Translations under genes and position numbers: made by a program
Shown: positions 14,215 through 26,790 of the stretch, piece after piece
Layout of the letters: each line of letters starts with the position of its first letter
Numbering within the stretch: position 1 is the first letter of the stretch
The notes under the pieces: model-generated
Databases searched by the model: none
What the model was told of the DNA's origin: nothing
What the model saw: only the letters and a program-made list of their open reading frames with translations
DNA from: Octopus sinensis
Lineage: Eukaryota
DNA length: 64,000 nucleotides
NCBI RefSeq assembly: GCF_006345805.1
Contig: NC_043010.1
Coordinates: 40,486,001-40,550,000, forward strand
Reading direction: 5' to 3'

Positions 14215-14405
14215 TATTTGTCCCTCCGCCATCGATTCACAACCGATGTTGCTGTGATTACTCCACATAACTTAGGGGTTCAGCAAAAGAGATCGATAGG
14301 CTTACAAAGAATAATTCTTGGGGGTGATTTCTTCATTTTAAAAGGTGGTACTCCAGCATGGCTGCTGTCAAATGACTGAAACAAGTAAAAAGAAAAAGAG
14401 GAAAA
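14215..14405 (+). mobile_element. 3' tail of CORE-like SINE
   Basis: ggtactccagcatggctgctgtcaaatgactgaaacaagtaaaaaga matches the tails at 22540 and 30130. Confidence 0.75.
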
Positions 14406-14424
14406 GATAAATGTGTGTGTATGA

Positions 14425-14500
<76 letters not shown>

Positions 14501-14879
14501 AATAGATAGATAGATAGATGGAGAGAGAGAGAGAGAGAGAGAGATTCTAATACATGTAATGATTGTAATGTTTATATATATAAATATATAAGAATGTGTG
14601 TATGAGTGTGTGTATGTGCGTGTGTGTATTATACATACGTACATAGAATATAGTTATATTTATTCGGCTCAGCCACGCGCGATTACTCAAGTTTCCTTTC
14701 TATACCATGCTACCGCTATATAGATGAGTTTTATATGGGAATATCCGCACACCATAAGCAATACTGTATGAAATAAACAGGATCTACATAAAACGTTTAA
14801 CCAGTAAAAATGAAAAACGTGATCAAAGTGAAGAATAATGCTTTGCAAAGCTCAACCACGTGAGCTCTCTAAATTATAT

Positions 14880-15890
14880 ACTTGGAATAAAAACACATAC
14901 GTTTTCCGCTTTAAGGAACTGGAGAGCTTTGAAATGGAAACTCTCGAAATGAACAGCTCGTTATGATTTAAATTACAGAGTAATAATTTCCAACACACAA
15001 AAATCTTATATCATGTCCATTAAGGACATTAAGAACAAAACCTACGCATTTTCATATGATACAAAAAAAAATTGTACAAACTATACAAAGGCATACTCTA
15101 AGCTCTTAATGAACAACATTACACAATAATACATGAAAGTTAAAAGAAGCATATAAGCTAATAGTAACTACGAAGCCAAATTAATGGTCAGGAAAAAAAG
15201 AAGAAAAATGTGTAGTGGTTACGAGGCAAACACGTGGAATACACAACACGTAAAGAGCACAATGAGAACTTCGCCATAAACCCCATATACAGGCTTAATA
15301 CATCCTTTTAAGCAGGAGCTTCGGAAGGTTAGAAACATCTAATAAAGCACATTACTGATAAAATTAGAATTGACGATAAACTGCGCTAATGGATTCGCAT
15401 GCAAGCAATAGAGAAATTTGTTCAAGCTGTTACCATTACAAACAAATGCCAATTCCCCAGGTAGATTTTGTAGAATTCCAGCCTGTCAGTTTCTAAGCCC
15501 ATCTTTAGCAAGGCTCTGAAATCTGAAATGACATATTGTGACATTGCTCATGAGAATGTCGACATAACAATGTATCCCTGTTTGTCGCTAGAACCTTTGC
15601 ATGACTGAAATGTTTTTACGTTCCATCTTTGCGAGGATGCTCTGTTTGATTGCACTGCGATTCGAAACATGGTTGAAATATTCAGTGTTGATAACATAAG
15701 CTTAACTCTATTATTAACATCTTAAGCATGAACTCGATAGAAATGACATGCTCGGTATTTCTAAAAATGGAAGCAAATATACACAGACTAAATGGTAACC
15801 ACTAATGAAAATGAAAATAAATGCTATGCAATCTGCTTGAGCAACACAAATACTCTCTATGTGCACTCTAAATTTAATATGAATTTCCGG
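14880..15890 (+). mobile_element. Decayed Penelope-like element reverse transcriptase
   Basis: Collinear remnants KAYSKLLMNNITQ*YMK, KEHNENFAINPIYRLN, QVDFVEFQP, KPIFSKALKSEMTYCDIAHENVDITMY, LFDCT and LDRNDMLGI correspond to the PLE motifs LKDHKxNFxxNPxCRLINP, FDIxEFYPSI, LFDVTMG and LYRDDGL. Confidence 0.7.
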
Positions 15891-15985
15891 TAACCTTTTC
15901 CTGAAGGGAACAAACACTTCAAAATTTTAACCTGTGACGTTTAAAACTGTGTAGTGTACTGTGATCTTGTATGTATGTATGTGTG

Positions 15986-16287
15986 TGGGAGAGCACTGCC
16001 TGTCATCGCCACAGATGGAGGAAGCAGGTTAAAGAGGAGGTCGACACTTTTCATAGAGCACGTATTCTGCATGAATAACTTAAGCGTGCTGCTCGAAAGC
16101 ACACTGCTTGTGTAGTGAATGGGGAAAGTTTGGTTTTTAATGTTTGCAGTCGTGTATGCTTGTCAAGAGCAAGGCTCATTAGCCACCAACGGGACCGCAA
16201 ATGCAAAATATAAGTTAGTCCTAGAGCGCGCCAATGTTCCTGCAGGTCAGCAACCGTCTTCCTCGGTCAGAAGTAGACGGCCATCAT
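15986..16287 (+). mobile_element. RTE-clade LINE 3' end
   Basis: WESTACHRHRWRKQVKEEVDTFHRARILHE*LKRAARK...VCSRVCLSRARLISHQR is the typical RTE C-terminus with a degenerate C2H2 motif; followed by a short UTR and a (TATG)n tail. Confidence 0.85.
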
Positions 16288-16829
16288 GTATGTATGTATG
16301 TATGTATGTATGTATGTATGTATGTATGTATGTATGTATATATGTTTGATTTTTCTTGGATTTTAATTTAAGTTCTTCATGAGAGGGTTCAAGCCAGTTG
16401 CAAACAAAGCGAAAAGTCTTATTGAGATAGAAGAGCTCCCGGCGTTTGTCAATATAAAGTTGATTTTGTGTGTTGGTTGAACTGTCGGTGCACATAACCA
16501 AGTGTATGCAGATGTTGACATATGATACATTATAAGAATCCCCAAAGCAGACTTTTTGGAATGTCTTACAAATCTTCACTGTGCCATGAATAGCATCGAT
16601 CTGGAGATTCACCGTCTGATTATTTTGCTGTTTTGTCAGTCAAACCCGGTAGTTATAGGTTTTTGTACAAATGTTGTGGTACATAGCTTAATGCACCTAT
16701 AAATATAGGTAAGAGCGAGAATTCATAGTCAGGTTATATACATGTATGAATATATAAATAAATACGCACTCAGGGACACAAACATACAAATATACAGACA
16801 CACAAACACATGCACACATATGAACGCAT

Positions 16830-16860
<31 letters not shown>

Positions 16861-16933
16861 CATATATGTGTGTATACATATATATATATATGTATGCATA
16901 TATATATATATGTGTGTGTGTGTGTTTGTGTGG

Positions 16934-16988
<55 letters not shown>

Positions 16989-17200
16989 ATGCTTTAGCAC
17001 AAAGGTGTGTTTAGGTATGAAGGGGATTTAGACTAGTTGAAATATGTTTCTCACATATTTCAACTGCTAAAAGGCAAATACATTGCAGTTATCGTGGAGA
17101 GAATTATCTCCCTTGTGATACAAAAGTGTGAAAACACCCAGTTCGTTCAGTGTTGCCATCTATTAAGAGTGCCAGACACATAACGATCTTATTAACGAGC

Positions 17201-17254
17201 AAATTAACGATCTTATCCTTATATATATATAATTAAGGATAAGATCGTTAATTT
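17201..17254. repeat. 20-bp perfect inverted repeat around a (TA)n spacer
   Basis: aaattaacgatcttatcctt (17201-17220) / aaggataagatcgttaattt (17235-17254). Confidence 0.9.
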
Positions 17255-17318
17255 AAATATCGATCTCATCAAGTGGCCAGCATGGGAATATAAACCTTCA
17301 AAGGTAATAATTATTATT

Positions 17319-17599
17319 AAAATTATAACTTAGGATATCTAAGAGATGCTGCCACGCTGAAAATAGCAACCAAAACTTGACTCTAAAACCACATTAAATG
17401 TTCATACAGCACCAGGAGAGAAGACAAAAAAACACAGGCACAATAAACTAGCAAAAAATTACTGGATAATTTGCTAGTTTATTTTGTCTTTTTGTCATCT
17501 CCCCTAGTGCTGTATGAACATTTAATGTCTTTTTAGAGTTAGGTTTTGATTGCTATTTCCAGCGTGCTGCTATCTCTTAGTTACCCTAAATTATAATTT

Positions 17600-17600
<1 letters not shown>
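17319..17600. repeat. Long imperfect palindrome, about 135-bp arms
   Basis: aaaattataacttagg...cattaaatgttcatacagcac...aataaactagcaaa is mirrored by tttgctagtttatt...gtgctgtatgaacatttaatg...cctaaattataatttt; abuts (TA)n at 17601. Confidence 0.9.
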
Positions 17601-17657
<57 letters not shown>

Positions 17658-18903
17658 TATATTCTGCTTATATATATAGTTATGTCATATCAGTTACTTT
17701 CTTTAGCACTCCGATATAATTCAGACTTAGCTAGCCACGTCGAATGGTAGAGAGCAATGACAATTGTTTAGGATTAACAATTACACGTTCCTACATGATA
17801 GGTAAATCATGAATATACTTCAATCGATGTCATATGAAATACAGACCACATAATCAAAACATCATAACAAAGATTATAGAACAGTGCATACTCAAAATCT
17901 GTTTAGTACAGTATTTTCTCATTGAATTCCAACCCAACACCTGTTTCTCCTCGATAAGTGTCCTAATGTCCTTGTTGAAGCGAACTGGATATTTAAGTCT
18001 TAGTTCTTCTTATAGTATATTTTAGGTGAGGAACATGAAACCTTAGCGTAACTAACAGCTGCGATTACTTTGAATACGATACAACTATAGCTCTGGTATC
18101 ATTGAAACTTAGAATTACCTTTCTAGAATTTGAGGAGATTATTTTATATCAGGATCCATTCACATCGCTGGCCGCTCATAATGAGTATAACATGATACCA
18201 TAAAAGATAAAAGACATAGATTTAAAGAAAATCGAAAGTGACAGGAAATAAGGAGGGAACAAATTTTGTTTTATTTTGGGTAATCAGACCACTCCATAAC
18301 AATAACGTTTATACCTTTTTCAATATTAGAAGCCTAATATTGATTGAAATGCGTAAAGTAAGTTGAAATTCTAATCATATTTAGTTTCAACCCACAAAAG
18401 AATTATGATTTCGAGGCTTATTTTAAAAATCTGACCAGAGTAAATTTACGATTATTTGACTAGGTTTTAAGTTATGTTCACCTGCATCTAAGTGATATCC
18501 AATTAGGAGATTTATTCGGAAAGTATTTAAATACTTCTCTGAATGAATGTGTGCATTTCACAGCTAATTCCTTTCCGTGATATAATAACCCATAATAATA
18601 GTTTAAGATATGGGATATTTCGTCCAATCATATATGGTGCTTCGAGTTCCCAATTGTATACGGTGAAGTGCTACTAATAATTGCTCAGTTAATGTCATTT
18701 CAGTGTCCTTATCCTTTAATATCATATTTAACGTCGTATTAATATCATATTTAATGTCACATTTAGTGCCCTTATCCCTTAAAGTAGCAATTGCTGCCAC
18801 TATAATCTGTGGTCGTCAAATGCCTTGAGGATGAATTCGTTAGATGGAAATTGTGTCAAAGCCCCTTATTTATTAACATATATATATATATATATACACA
18901 CAA

Positions 18904-18986
<83 letters not shown>

Positions 18987-19601
18987 ACGTTATATAATTA
19001 GGGTTCAGTAAAATAATTTACCTTACCACACACCGAACTTTAAGAAATAGCAGCCAGAAATTTTAGCTATTTCCTCTACTATAAGAAAAGTCTCCCAGAC
19101 AATGTATACTCAAAGGCAATTCACGTAAGTATAGAGGGAAAAATAACGAAAGATCACACGTACATCGATTACTTGAGAACGCCGTTTCTGGATTAGTTGG
19201 ATATAGAGATCAACATTTCCGTCATCAGCCCGAGATTTCTTTAGGTTTAAATTTGTGAGCACTAAAAATCGAACATACCCGTCTGATATGAGTAATCCCA
19301 GACAAACCATCTTCGACCGCCAGTACTAACGAATTCAAAAAGTACGAATGAGGCTTTGTATCCTCCCTCGTCCACCCACGTGAGTTATAGAGCAACAAGT
19401 CCCTACGGAGGGATCTGTAGATTATTATCAGGGAGAAAGAATTATATTGTCAATTTATTGTTGACAATATAATATATTGACTATATATATATATATATAT
19501 TTACATATATGAGAATTTATTAAAAAGAAACAAACAGAAGAGGAAGACGGGTGTGTAGCCAACAATTAATGTTTTACTCAAACACTCAGGAAGTGAGAAA
19601 G

Positions 19602-19638
19602 ACTTTTACGTTTCGAGCCTACGCTTTTCGACAGAAAG
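19602..19638 (-). ncRNA. Degenerate minimal hammerhead ribozyme motif
   Basis: cttt CUGUCGA aaagc guag gcuc GAAAC GUA aaag: stem I cttt/aaag present, but core A6 is U and stem II is mismatched. Confidence 0.45.
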
Positions 19639-19937
19639 GAACACAGAAATAAACAGGGAAAATAGGTAAAGGTTTAATGGCTATCGATATATCAGGGCGA
19701 ATGCCGGATATATATATATATATATATATTCAGATGAATATGTTGCTTATCTTGATTATATATATAATATATATATATAATATATATATATATATATAGG
19801 TGAGAAAGTTGGTGTATGAAAGTACGTGGTTAGATATATAAAAAATAGAAAAGACTGAAAAAAACTATGTATATATGTGTATATATATATATGTATATAT
19901 ATATATATGTATATATATATGTGTATATATATATATG

Positions 19938-20011
<74 letters not shown>

Positions 20012-20098
20012 TATTAGAGACAAACCACTATTTTGCAAAACAAACAAGGAAAGACTTAATCAATACATAAAATTTTAATAAATAGTCAAAAAAAACCG

Positions 20099-20141
20099 CC
20101 ACTACAATTGTTTCTTGTCTTGATCGACAATCTTCAGGTGG
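20099..20141 (-). ncRNA. Minimal type I hammerhead ribozyme (intact consensus)
   Basis: ccac CUGAAGA uuguc-gaucaa-gacaa GAAAC aauu GUA gugg: full core, 5-bp stem II, palindromic stem III (ACAAUUGU), 4-bp stem I. Confidence 0.85.
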
Positions 20142-20506
20142 ACTTCCAATAAGTCAGTTTCAAATTTATTATATTATAATATATATATATATATAAGTCT
20201 AAATAATATATTTAATGGTTTTTTTTTAAAAAAACAACAATTATTTACTGGTAGATTTCGGCATGTAAATATAACCATTAACGGTAGGAACTTCTATAAA
20301 AGTTCAATATATATATATATATATTATATATAAATAAAAGAGACAGGCAAGAGGTTGCTTAGCCACATACCGAAAAAAATAGAAATAGCAGTCAAAGACT
20401 GTTTATTTCTATTTTCTACATATGAGACTCCACATACGACATATCCCTGTAATTCACATATGCAAAACAGAAGGAAGAAATAACGAAAACAAAGTCTAAC
20501 GGTCAT

Positions 20507-20571
20507 TTATGAACGCGTTTCTAGATTAGGAATATAATAAAATATATATTCCATGTCTTTCATCAGCGTAA
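20507..20571 (-). ncRNA. Type I hammerhead ribozyme motif with long stem II
   Basis: uuacg CUGAUGA aagacau ggaauaua...uauauucc uaaucua GAAAC gc GUU cauaa, with palindromic AACGCGUU stem III; an inverted partial copy lies at 20631-20685. Confidence 0.7.
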
Positions 20572-20729
20572 AACTCCATTAAAATAGATTTATCAAATGC
20601 TAAGTACCTCCACTTCCCGATCAGGCGACATTATTATATTCCTAATCTAGAAACGCGTTCGTAAATGACCGTTAGACTTTGTTTTTTTTCGGTATATATA
20701 TAGAGATAGCTAGATAGATAGATATATAG

Positions 20730-20801
<72 letters not shown>

Positions 20802-21601
20802 GGAGAGAGAGATACATACGCAGACAGACAGACAGATAGATAGATATAAAACACAAATAAGCAGCACAATGTTTATAGCAACACTTAGAAAACATACCCT
20901 GTATTGAAATTTTAAAATCAGAAGCAAAAACTAAAGTTATGCAACATAGAATCAAGTAAAGACAGAACCACACTATAAAATAACACAAAAAAACATTTAT
21001 TTAAATATATTACAAAAATATTTGAAAATAAAATAATACATAAATACATACTTGGCAAATATTTATTAAAATTAAATATATCTCATACGTCACAGGCTAT
21101 TTAATCCGCATGCGTCAACAACTAAAAACTTGTTTTATTAGCCACGATTTTTATGAGAAGAAAAAGAAACAGTGCACTATAAAAATTGGCATTGTGTTAC
21201 GCACAATTTGTCGCCATTTTACATAAAACGCTACAAATTGATAAGTGGAAAAGACAAAGAAAATATTTTCACACCTCCATAGTAATGTGTGTATGTGTGT
21301 GTGTGTGTGTGAGTAGGTGTGAGTTTGCGTTTCTGTTATCTGTACATATATGTGCGCAATACATTTTCAAATGCTTTTATATACTTAGCTAAACACACTT
21401 ACAGTCTGATATGTGTATTTGTATATTTACTTACACAGACAGAGACACAAACACTTTTATATATATTTATGTGTTTGTGTGTGTGAGATAACTGTGTATG
21501 AGATAACGTTAAAATATTCATATAAAGAATGGTATATCACACTGATATAGACATGATACAATATGTATAGATGTATATTATATACATATATAGTATATAT
21601 A

Positions 21602-21632
<31 letters not shown>

Positions 21633-22183
21633 AACATATATACGTATGTATATATATGTATATATCTAAACATATAACCTTATATATATATATATATATA
21701 TAAAAATACATACATACACACGCATACACACACACACACACGTATACACACATGATAATACCTGATAAATCAAAAGCCAGTATTCTTTGCCGTTTTCCTC
21801 TTTTATTCATTGGAATTGTTTCAGCCAACGCTGCCGTTTTTGGTCAGTTATTGAAAGTACATTTTTTCCTATATTCACTTTTATGTTTCAATCATTAAGG
21901 AAACATATTTATCTTTTCTGCGAAGTGTCATGTCTATTTCTATAAAACTCTCATTTCTGAATGTCTTTCATGATTTTTTGTTCTTTAGTGTTTGACTGTG
22001 TGTGAGTGCGTACGTCTATGTGAGAGAGTGAGTGTGTGTGCTTCATTTTCAAAGATTAGACATATTCCTTATATTCCTTATAGCTTTGATGGTGAGATTG
22101 TTATAAACTTTCCTTCTCGGATGAATGTCATTTCTTTTTCATTGTTTAAAAATATGAAATAATCATTCATTCCTGTTTCCTGG

Positions 22184-22226
<43 letters not shown>

Positions 22227-22227
22227 A

Positions 22228-22595
22228 GGAGTGGCTGTGAGCTAAGTAGTTTGCTTACCAACCACATGGTTCCGGCTTCAGTCCTACTATAGCCTCGGGC
22301 CGACCAAAGCCTTGTGAGTGGATTTGGTAGACGGAAACTGAAAGAAGCCTGTTGTATATATGTATATATATGTGTGTGTGTGTGTTTGTGCGTTTGTGCC
22401 CCCCCCCCCCAACATCGCTTGACAACCGATGGTGGTGTGTTTACATCTCCATAACTTCGCGATTCGGCAAAAGAGACCGATAGAATAAGTACTAGGCTTA
22501 CAAAAAATAAGTCCTGGGGTAGAATTGCTCGACTACAGACGGTGCTCCAGCATGGGCGCAGGCAAATGACTGAAACAAGTAAAAGAATAAAAGAT
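22228..22595 (+). mobile_element. CORE-like tRNA SINE
   Basis: ggagtggctgtg...cttaccaaccacatggttccgg head, ctatagcctcgggccgaccaaagcc body, atgactgaaacaagtaaaagaataaaaga tail. Confidence 0.85.
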
Positions 22596-22980
22596 ATATA
22601 TATACATATATGAGAAATTATGATAAGCACAAATTTATTTCCTGTGTATATTTCACCATTTTGATTGTTCGAGCACTGCGTTGTATCTTCCAATTGCATT
22701 TGTATATCAACCACAACGGATTTTCAGGGAATCCTTTATTTCCTGAAGCTACTACGTACTAGTGTGAATAGCTGGATCGATAATGTATATTTCATATTTT
22801 GGAAGTGAAATCGAAGGAGAGCAATTGTTTGTGGAGGAAAACATTGACCAAGAATCGCTACAAAGGTAAAGGGTGGAAGAGTAGCAGCGCACACAAATGG
22901 AGAATAAAGAGTGAAAATCTTCCGAGATAATTTATAAAGATTGACCTAATCCTTCATGAAGGTAAATAGATAATAATAAA

Positions 22981-23941
22981 AGGCGGTGAGCTGGCAGAAA
23001 CGTTAGGACGCCGGGCGAAATGCCTTGCGGTATTTCTTCTGCCGTAACGTTCTGAGTTCCAATTCCGCCGAGGTCGACTTTGCCTTTCATCCTTTCGGGG
23101 TCGATTAAATAAGTACCAGTTATGCACTGGGGTCGATATAATCGACTTAATCCGTTTGTCTGTCCTTGTTTGTCCTCTCTGTGTTTAGCCCCTTGTGGGT
23201 AGTAAAGAAATAGGTATTTGGTCTACCCTTACGGTCTGAGTTCAAATTCAGCTGAGGTCGACTTTGCCTTTCATCCTTTCGGGGTCGATTAAATAAGTAC
23301 CAGTTACGAAATGGAGTCGATATAATCGACTTAATCGTTTCTCTGTCCTTGTTTGTCCTCTCTGTGTTTAGCCCCTTGTGGGTAGTAAAGAAATAGGTAT
23401 TCGGTCTACCGTTACGGTCTGAGTTCAAATTCCGCTGAGGTCGACTTTGCCTTTCATCCTTTCGGGGTCGATTAAATAAGTACCAGTTTGCACTGGGGTC
23501 GATATAATCGACTTAATCCGTTGTCTGTCCTGGTTGTCCTCTATGTGTTTAGCCCCTTGTGGGTAGTAAAGAAATAGGTATTCGGTCTACCCTTACGGTC
23601 TGAGTTCAAATTCAGCTGAGGTCGACTTTGCCTTTCTTCTTTCGGGGTCGATTAAATAAGTACAGTTATGCACTGGGGTCGATATATCGACTTAATCCGT
23701 TTGTTGTCCTTGTTTGTCCTCTCTGTGTTTAGCCCCTTGTGGGTAGTAAAGAAATAGGTATTCGGTCTACCGTTACGGTCTGAGTTCAAATTCCGCTGAG
23801 GTCGACTTTACCTTTCATCCTTTCGGGGTCGATTAAATAAGTACCAGTTACGCACTGGAATCGATATAATCGACTTAATCCGTTTGTCTGCCCTTGTTTG
23901 TCCCCTCTATGTTTAGCCCCTTGTGGGCAATAAAGAAATAA
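22981..23941 (+). repeat. Nin/Deu-domain SINE followed by four tandem copies of its ~182-bp 3' body
   Basis: tctgagtt anchor at 23051, 23235, 23418, 23599 and 23779; each unit carries gaggtcgactt..cctttc.tcctttcggggtcgattaaataagtac. Confidence 0.95.
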
Positions 23942-23959
23942 GAGGGGCGAAATGCGATT

Positions 23960-24410
23960 TTTAATGGGCATTGTTCATGCAGTTTGTGGACTGAAAGAAA
24001 GTGCAGTAATCAGGATATTTTCCGAGAATGTTCACTTTCAGGTGTTCCTTAAACTGTCAGCCGTTTGATACGAAATGTTCGGAAAGTTCCGTCGAACTAC
24101 AGCTACTGTGCCTGATGTCATATCTCTGGCACTGAATCTTTCGTTTAATTGTTCTCTTCTACAACCAACATAAATTAAGTTGTGTTCGGTGCAGTGCGCT
24201 GCGTATACTAAATCGGAATCTTTACACGTCCCACCCTCTGTAGGACTCATAACATTTCTGTCATGATTAGTGACGAAATTGGCTTCACTCATATTTTGGT
24301 TGTTTTTCGAGGTGCAGGTACTTCAATAGTAGTGTTATTTGGGTTAGAGGTGGTGGTTAACATTTCTCTTATATTTTTGTTGCGTCTAAAATCTATGATG
24401 GACTTTTTTA
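23960..24410 (-). mobile_element. Penelope-like element GIY-YIG endonuclease remnant
   Basis: KSIIDFRRNKNIREML linker, then TCKDSDLVYAAHCTEHNLIYVGCRREQLNERFSAR (ORF 24038-24292), matching the PLE CxSxNxVY..C..C...YVGxT...LxxRF motif. Confidence 0.8.
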
Positions 24411-24439
24411 CACGACGATTACAGCAGTGGTGACGACGT

Positions 24440-24775
24440 CAACAACGATGAAGATGGGGGAAGGGGAGAAAGAAGAAGACGAAGAAGAAGAAGAAGAAGA
24501 AGAAGAAGGAGAAGACGAAGAAGAAAAGAAGAAGAAGAAGAAGAAGAAGGCGAAGGAGAAGACGAAGAAGAAGAAGAAGAAGAAGAAGAAGACGAAGAAG
24601 AAGGAGAAGACGAAGAAGAAGAAGAAGAAGACGAAGAAGAAGGAGAAGGAGAAGTAGAAGAAGAAGAAGAAGAAGAAGAGAAGAAAAGAAGAAGAAGAAG
24701 ACGAAGAAGAAGAAGAAGAAGACGAAGAAGAAGAAGAAGAAGAAAAGGAAGGGGACGGGAAGAAAACGAGGAGGG
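24440..24775. repeat. (GAA)n purine-rich microsatellite with GAC/GGA interruptions
   Basis: Directly visible; explains the poly-E/K/S/F ORFs at 24408-24788. Confidence 0.95.
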
Positions 24776-25208
24776 GAACCTCAAACACGTCTCTTTCGTC
24801 TGTTTCCCTTCCGCCTGTAAATCATCTTACCCTCTTTAACATTGTGGTCACCACAGTTTTCTCTCTCTCCCTCTCTTTCTCGCTTTCTTTCTTTCTTTCT
24901 TTCTTCCCCCCTCTCTCTCTCTCTCTCTCAGCCGGTATTGATCTCCTCTTCTCTCTCTCAGAGTTTCTTTTACATAGAAATATATGTTTCTTCATTTTCT
25001 TGTTATGCGCATAAGCTTTCTTCTAAAACAAGCATTATTTTCATTGTATAGTTGTTGTTGTTGTAGTTAGTATTACTTGTGGTCTTGTTTCTGCTTATTA
25101 GGATTTGAATCCCGTTGTGATAATTGTTCATGCAGCTACTTAAATTACATACTAATTTATGAGTAGATCATCTTCCACTGCACATACCTACATGCAAATC
25201 ACAAACAA

Positions 25209-25960
25209 GGAGTGGCTGTGTGGTAAGAAGCTTGCTTACCAGCCATATGGTTCCGGGTTCAGTCCCACTGCGTGGTATCTTAGGCAAGTGTCTTCTACTC
25301 TAGCCTCTTGACGACCAAATCCCACTGAAAGAAATCCAGCGCATATATTTATGTGTGTGTGTGGTGTGTGTGTCTGTGTCTGTGTCTGTGTGTGTGTGTG
25401 TATCTTTGTGTGTCTGTGTTTGCCCGCCACCACCAACATCGCTTGACAACTGATGCTAGTGTGTTTAGGCTTACAAAAAAATAAGTCCTGGGGTCGATTT
25501 GCTCGATTAAAGGCGGTGCTCCAGCGTGGCAGCAGTAAAATCACTGAAACGAGTAAAAGAGCGATAGAGTAAAAGGGTAACCCGTATGTTTGTCTTCTCT
25601 CATAGTTAACGTCATCCAATGAGGTCTTCCTATTTCAAGACAAGATTCTATATATTATATTCTTTTATACTTTTTTCTTTTATTCTTTTATTTGTTTCAG
25701 CCATTTGACTGCGGCCATGCTGGAGCACTGCTTATAGTCGAGGAAATCGACGCCAGGTCTTATTTTTTGTAAGTCTAAACACACTAGCATTGGTTGTCAA
25801 GCGATGTTTGCGGTAGGGGGCAAACACGGACACACAAAGACACACACACACACTCACATATATCGACCATAATCGACCCCAGGACTTATTCGGCCTCTTT
25901 TACCGAACCGCTAAGTTACGGAGACGTAAACACACCAGCATTATACTTTACTATCATTTA
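25209..25960 (+). mobile_element. Two internally deleted or rearranged CORE-like SINEs
   Basis: ggagtggctgtgtggtaagaagcttgcttacc head at 25209; catcgcttgacaac and gctccagc tail modules appear in both orientations. Confidence 0.7.
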
Positions 25961-26542
25961 GCTACTATTTCTTGCAAGTCAAATAGCCACATAGAGATTC
26001 TTCAATGCTTGCTTCGTGTCGTGCTAGATGGCTATTTCTGTTTGTTTGCTTAAATCATACTGGTGGTCGCTAGAGAAATTCAAATATTTAACAGATATTT
26101 ACTTAGCATGTTATACTCCAACTTTCTTGAGTAATTTTATGACAGGCTCATTGCTGTTTTAAGAGTTTTCTTTTCTCTTCTCCTCTTTTTTTGTTTATTC
26201 TATTTCCTGTCACCAGTAAATATAGTCTATCAGAGATTTGCTTTCGGAAACAGTGTATTATAAACACAGTCATTAATTTACTTGTCATTCTGTCCTGGCT
26301 GATTAATTCACTTACCTAAAACTTAAGTGAATACATTAGTTCATTAAACCAACCTAGAAGTAATTCGATAACTTAATGTAATTCTCTTACCAGAAGATAA
26401 GTGATTCTGTGGGAAGACAACGGAGTATTTTTGGCGCAGCTAATGTTTTAATTTTTAGAACTTCGCTTACTAGTGCTGAAACTTGGCTTCGACTAACTAT
26501 ACAAATACCTATACACATACAAACATACATACATACACACAC

Positions 26543-26577
<35 letters not shown>

Positions 26578-26703
26578 GATATATATATGTATGCATGTAT
26601 GTATGTATGTATGTATATATGTATGTATATGAATGTATATATATATATATTTATAAATGTATATATATATATATATGTGTGTTTGTGTGTATGTATGTAT
26701 GTG

Positions 26704-26734
<31 letters not shown>

Positions 26735-26739
26735 GTGTG

Positions 26740-26790
<51 letters not shown>

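Noticed and set aside
16350-16640. Open frames on both strands (e.g. LYIDKRRELFYLNKTFRFVCNWLEP)
   Set aside because: No clean splice sites or recognisable motif; possibly an old LINE fragment but not assignable.
18603-18800. Protein-like ORF MAAIATLRDKGTKCDIKYD
   Set aside because: Largely explained by a local ~50-bp tandem duplication; no homology recognised.
22981-23941. Regular ~182-bp repeats as a CRISPR-like array
   Set aside because: There are no unique spacers, the units are SINE bodies, and the context is eukaryotic with no cas genes.
24408-24788. Poly-Ser/Phe/Lys/Glu ORFs
   Set aside because: Translations of the GAA microsatellite.
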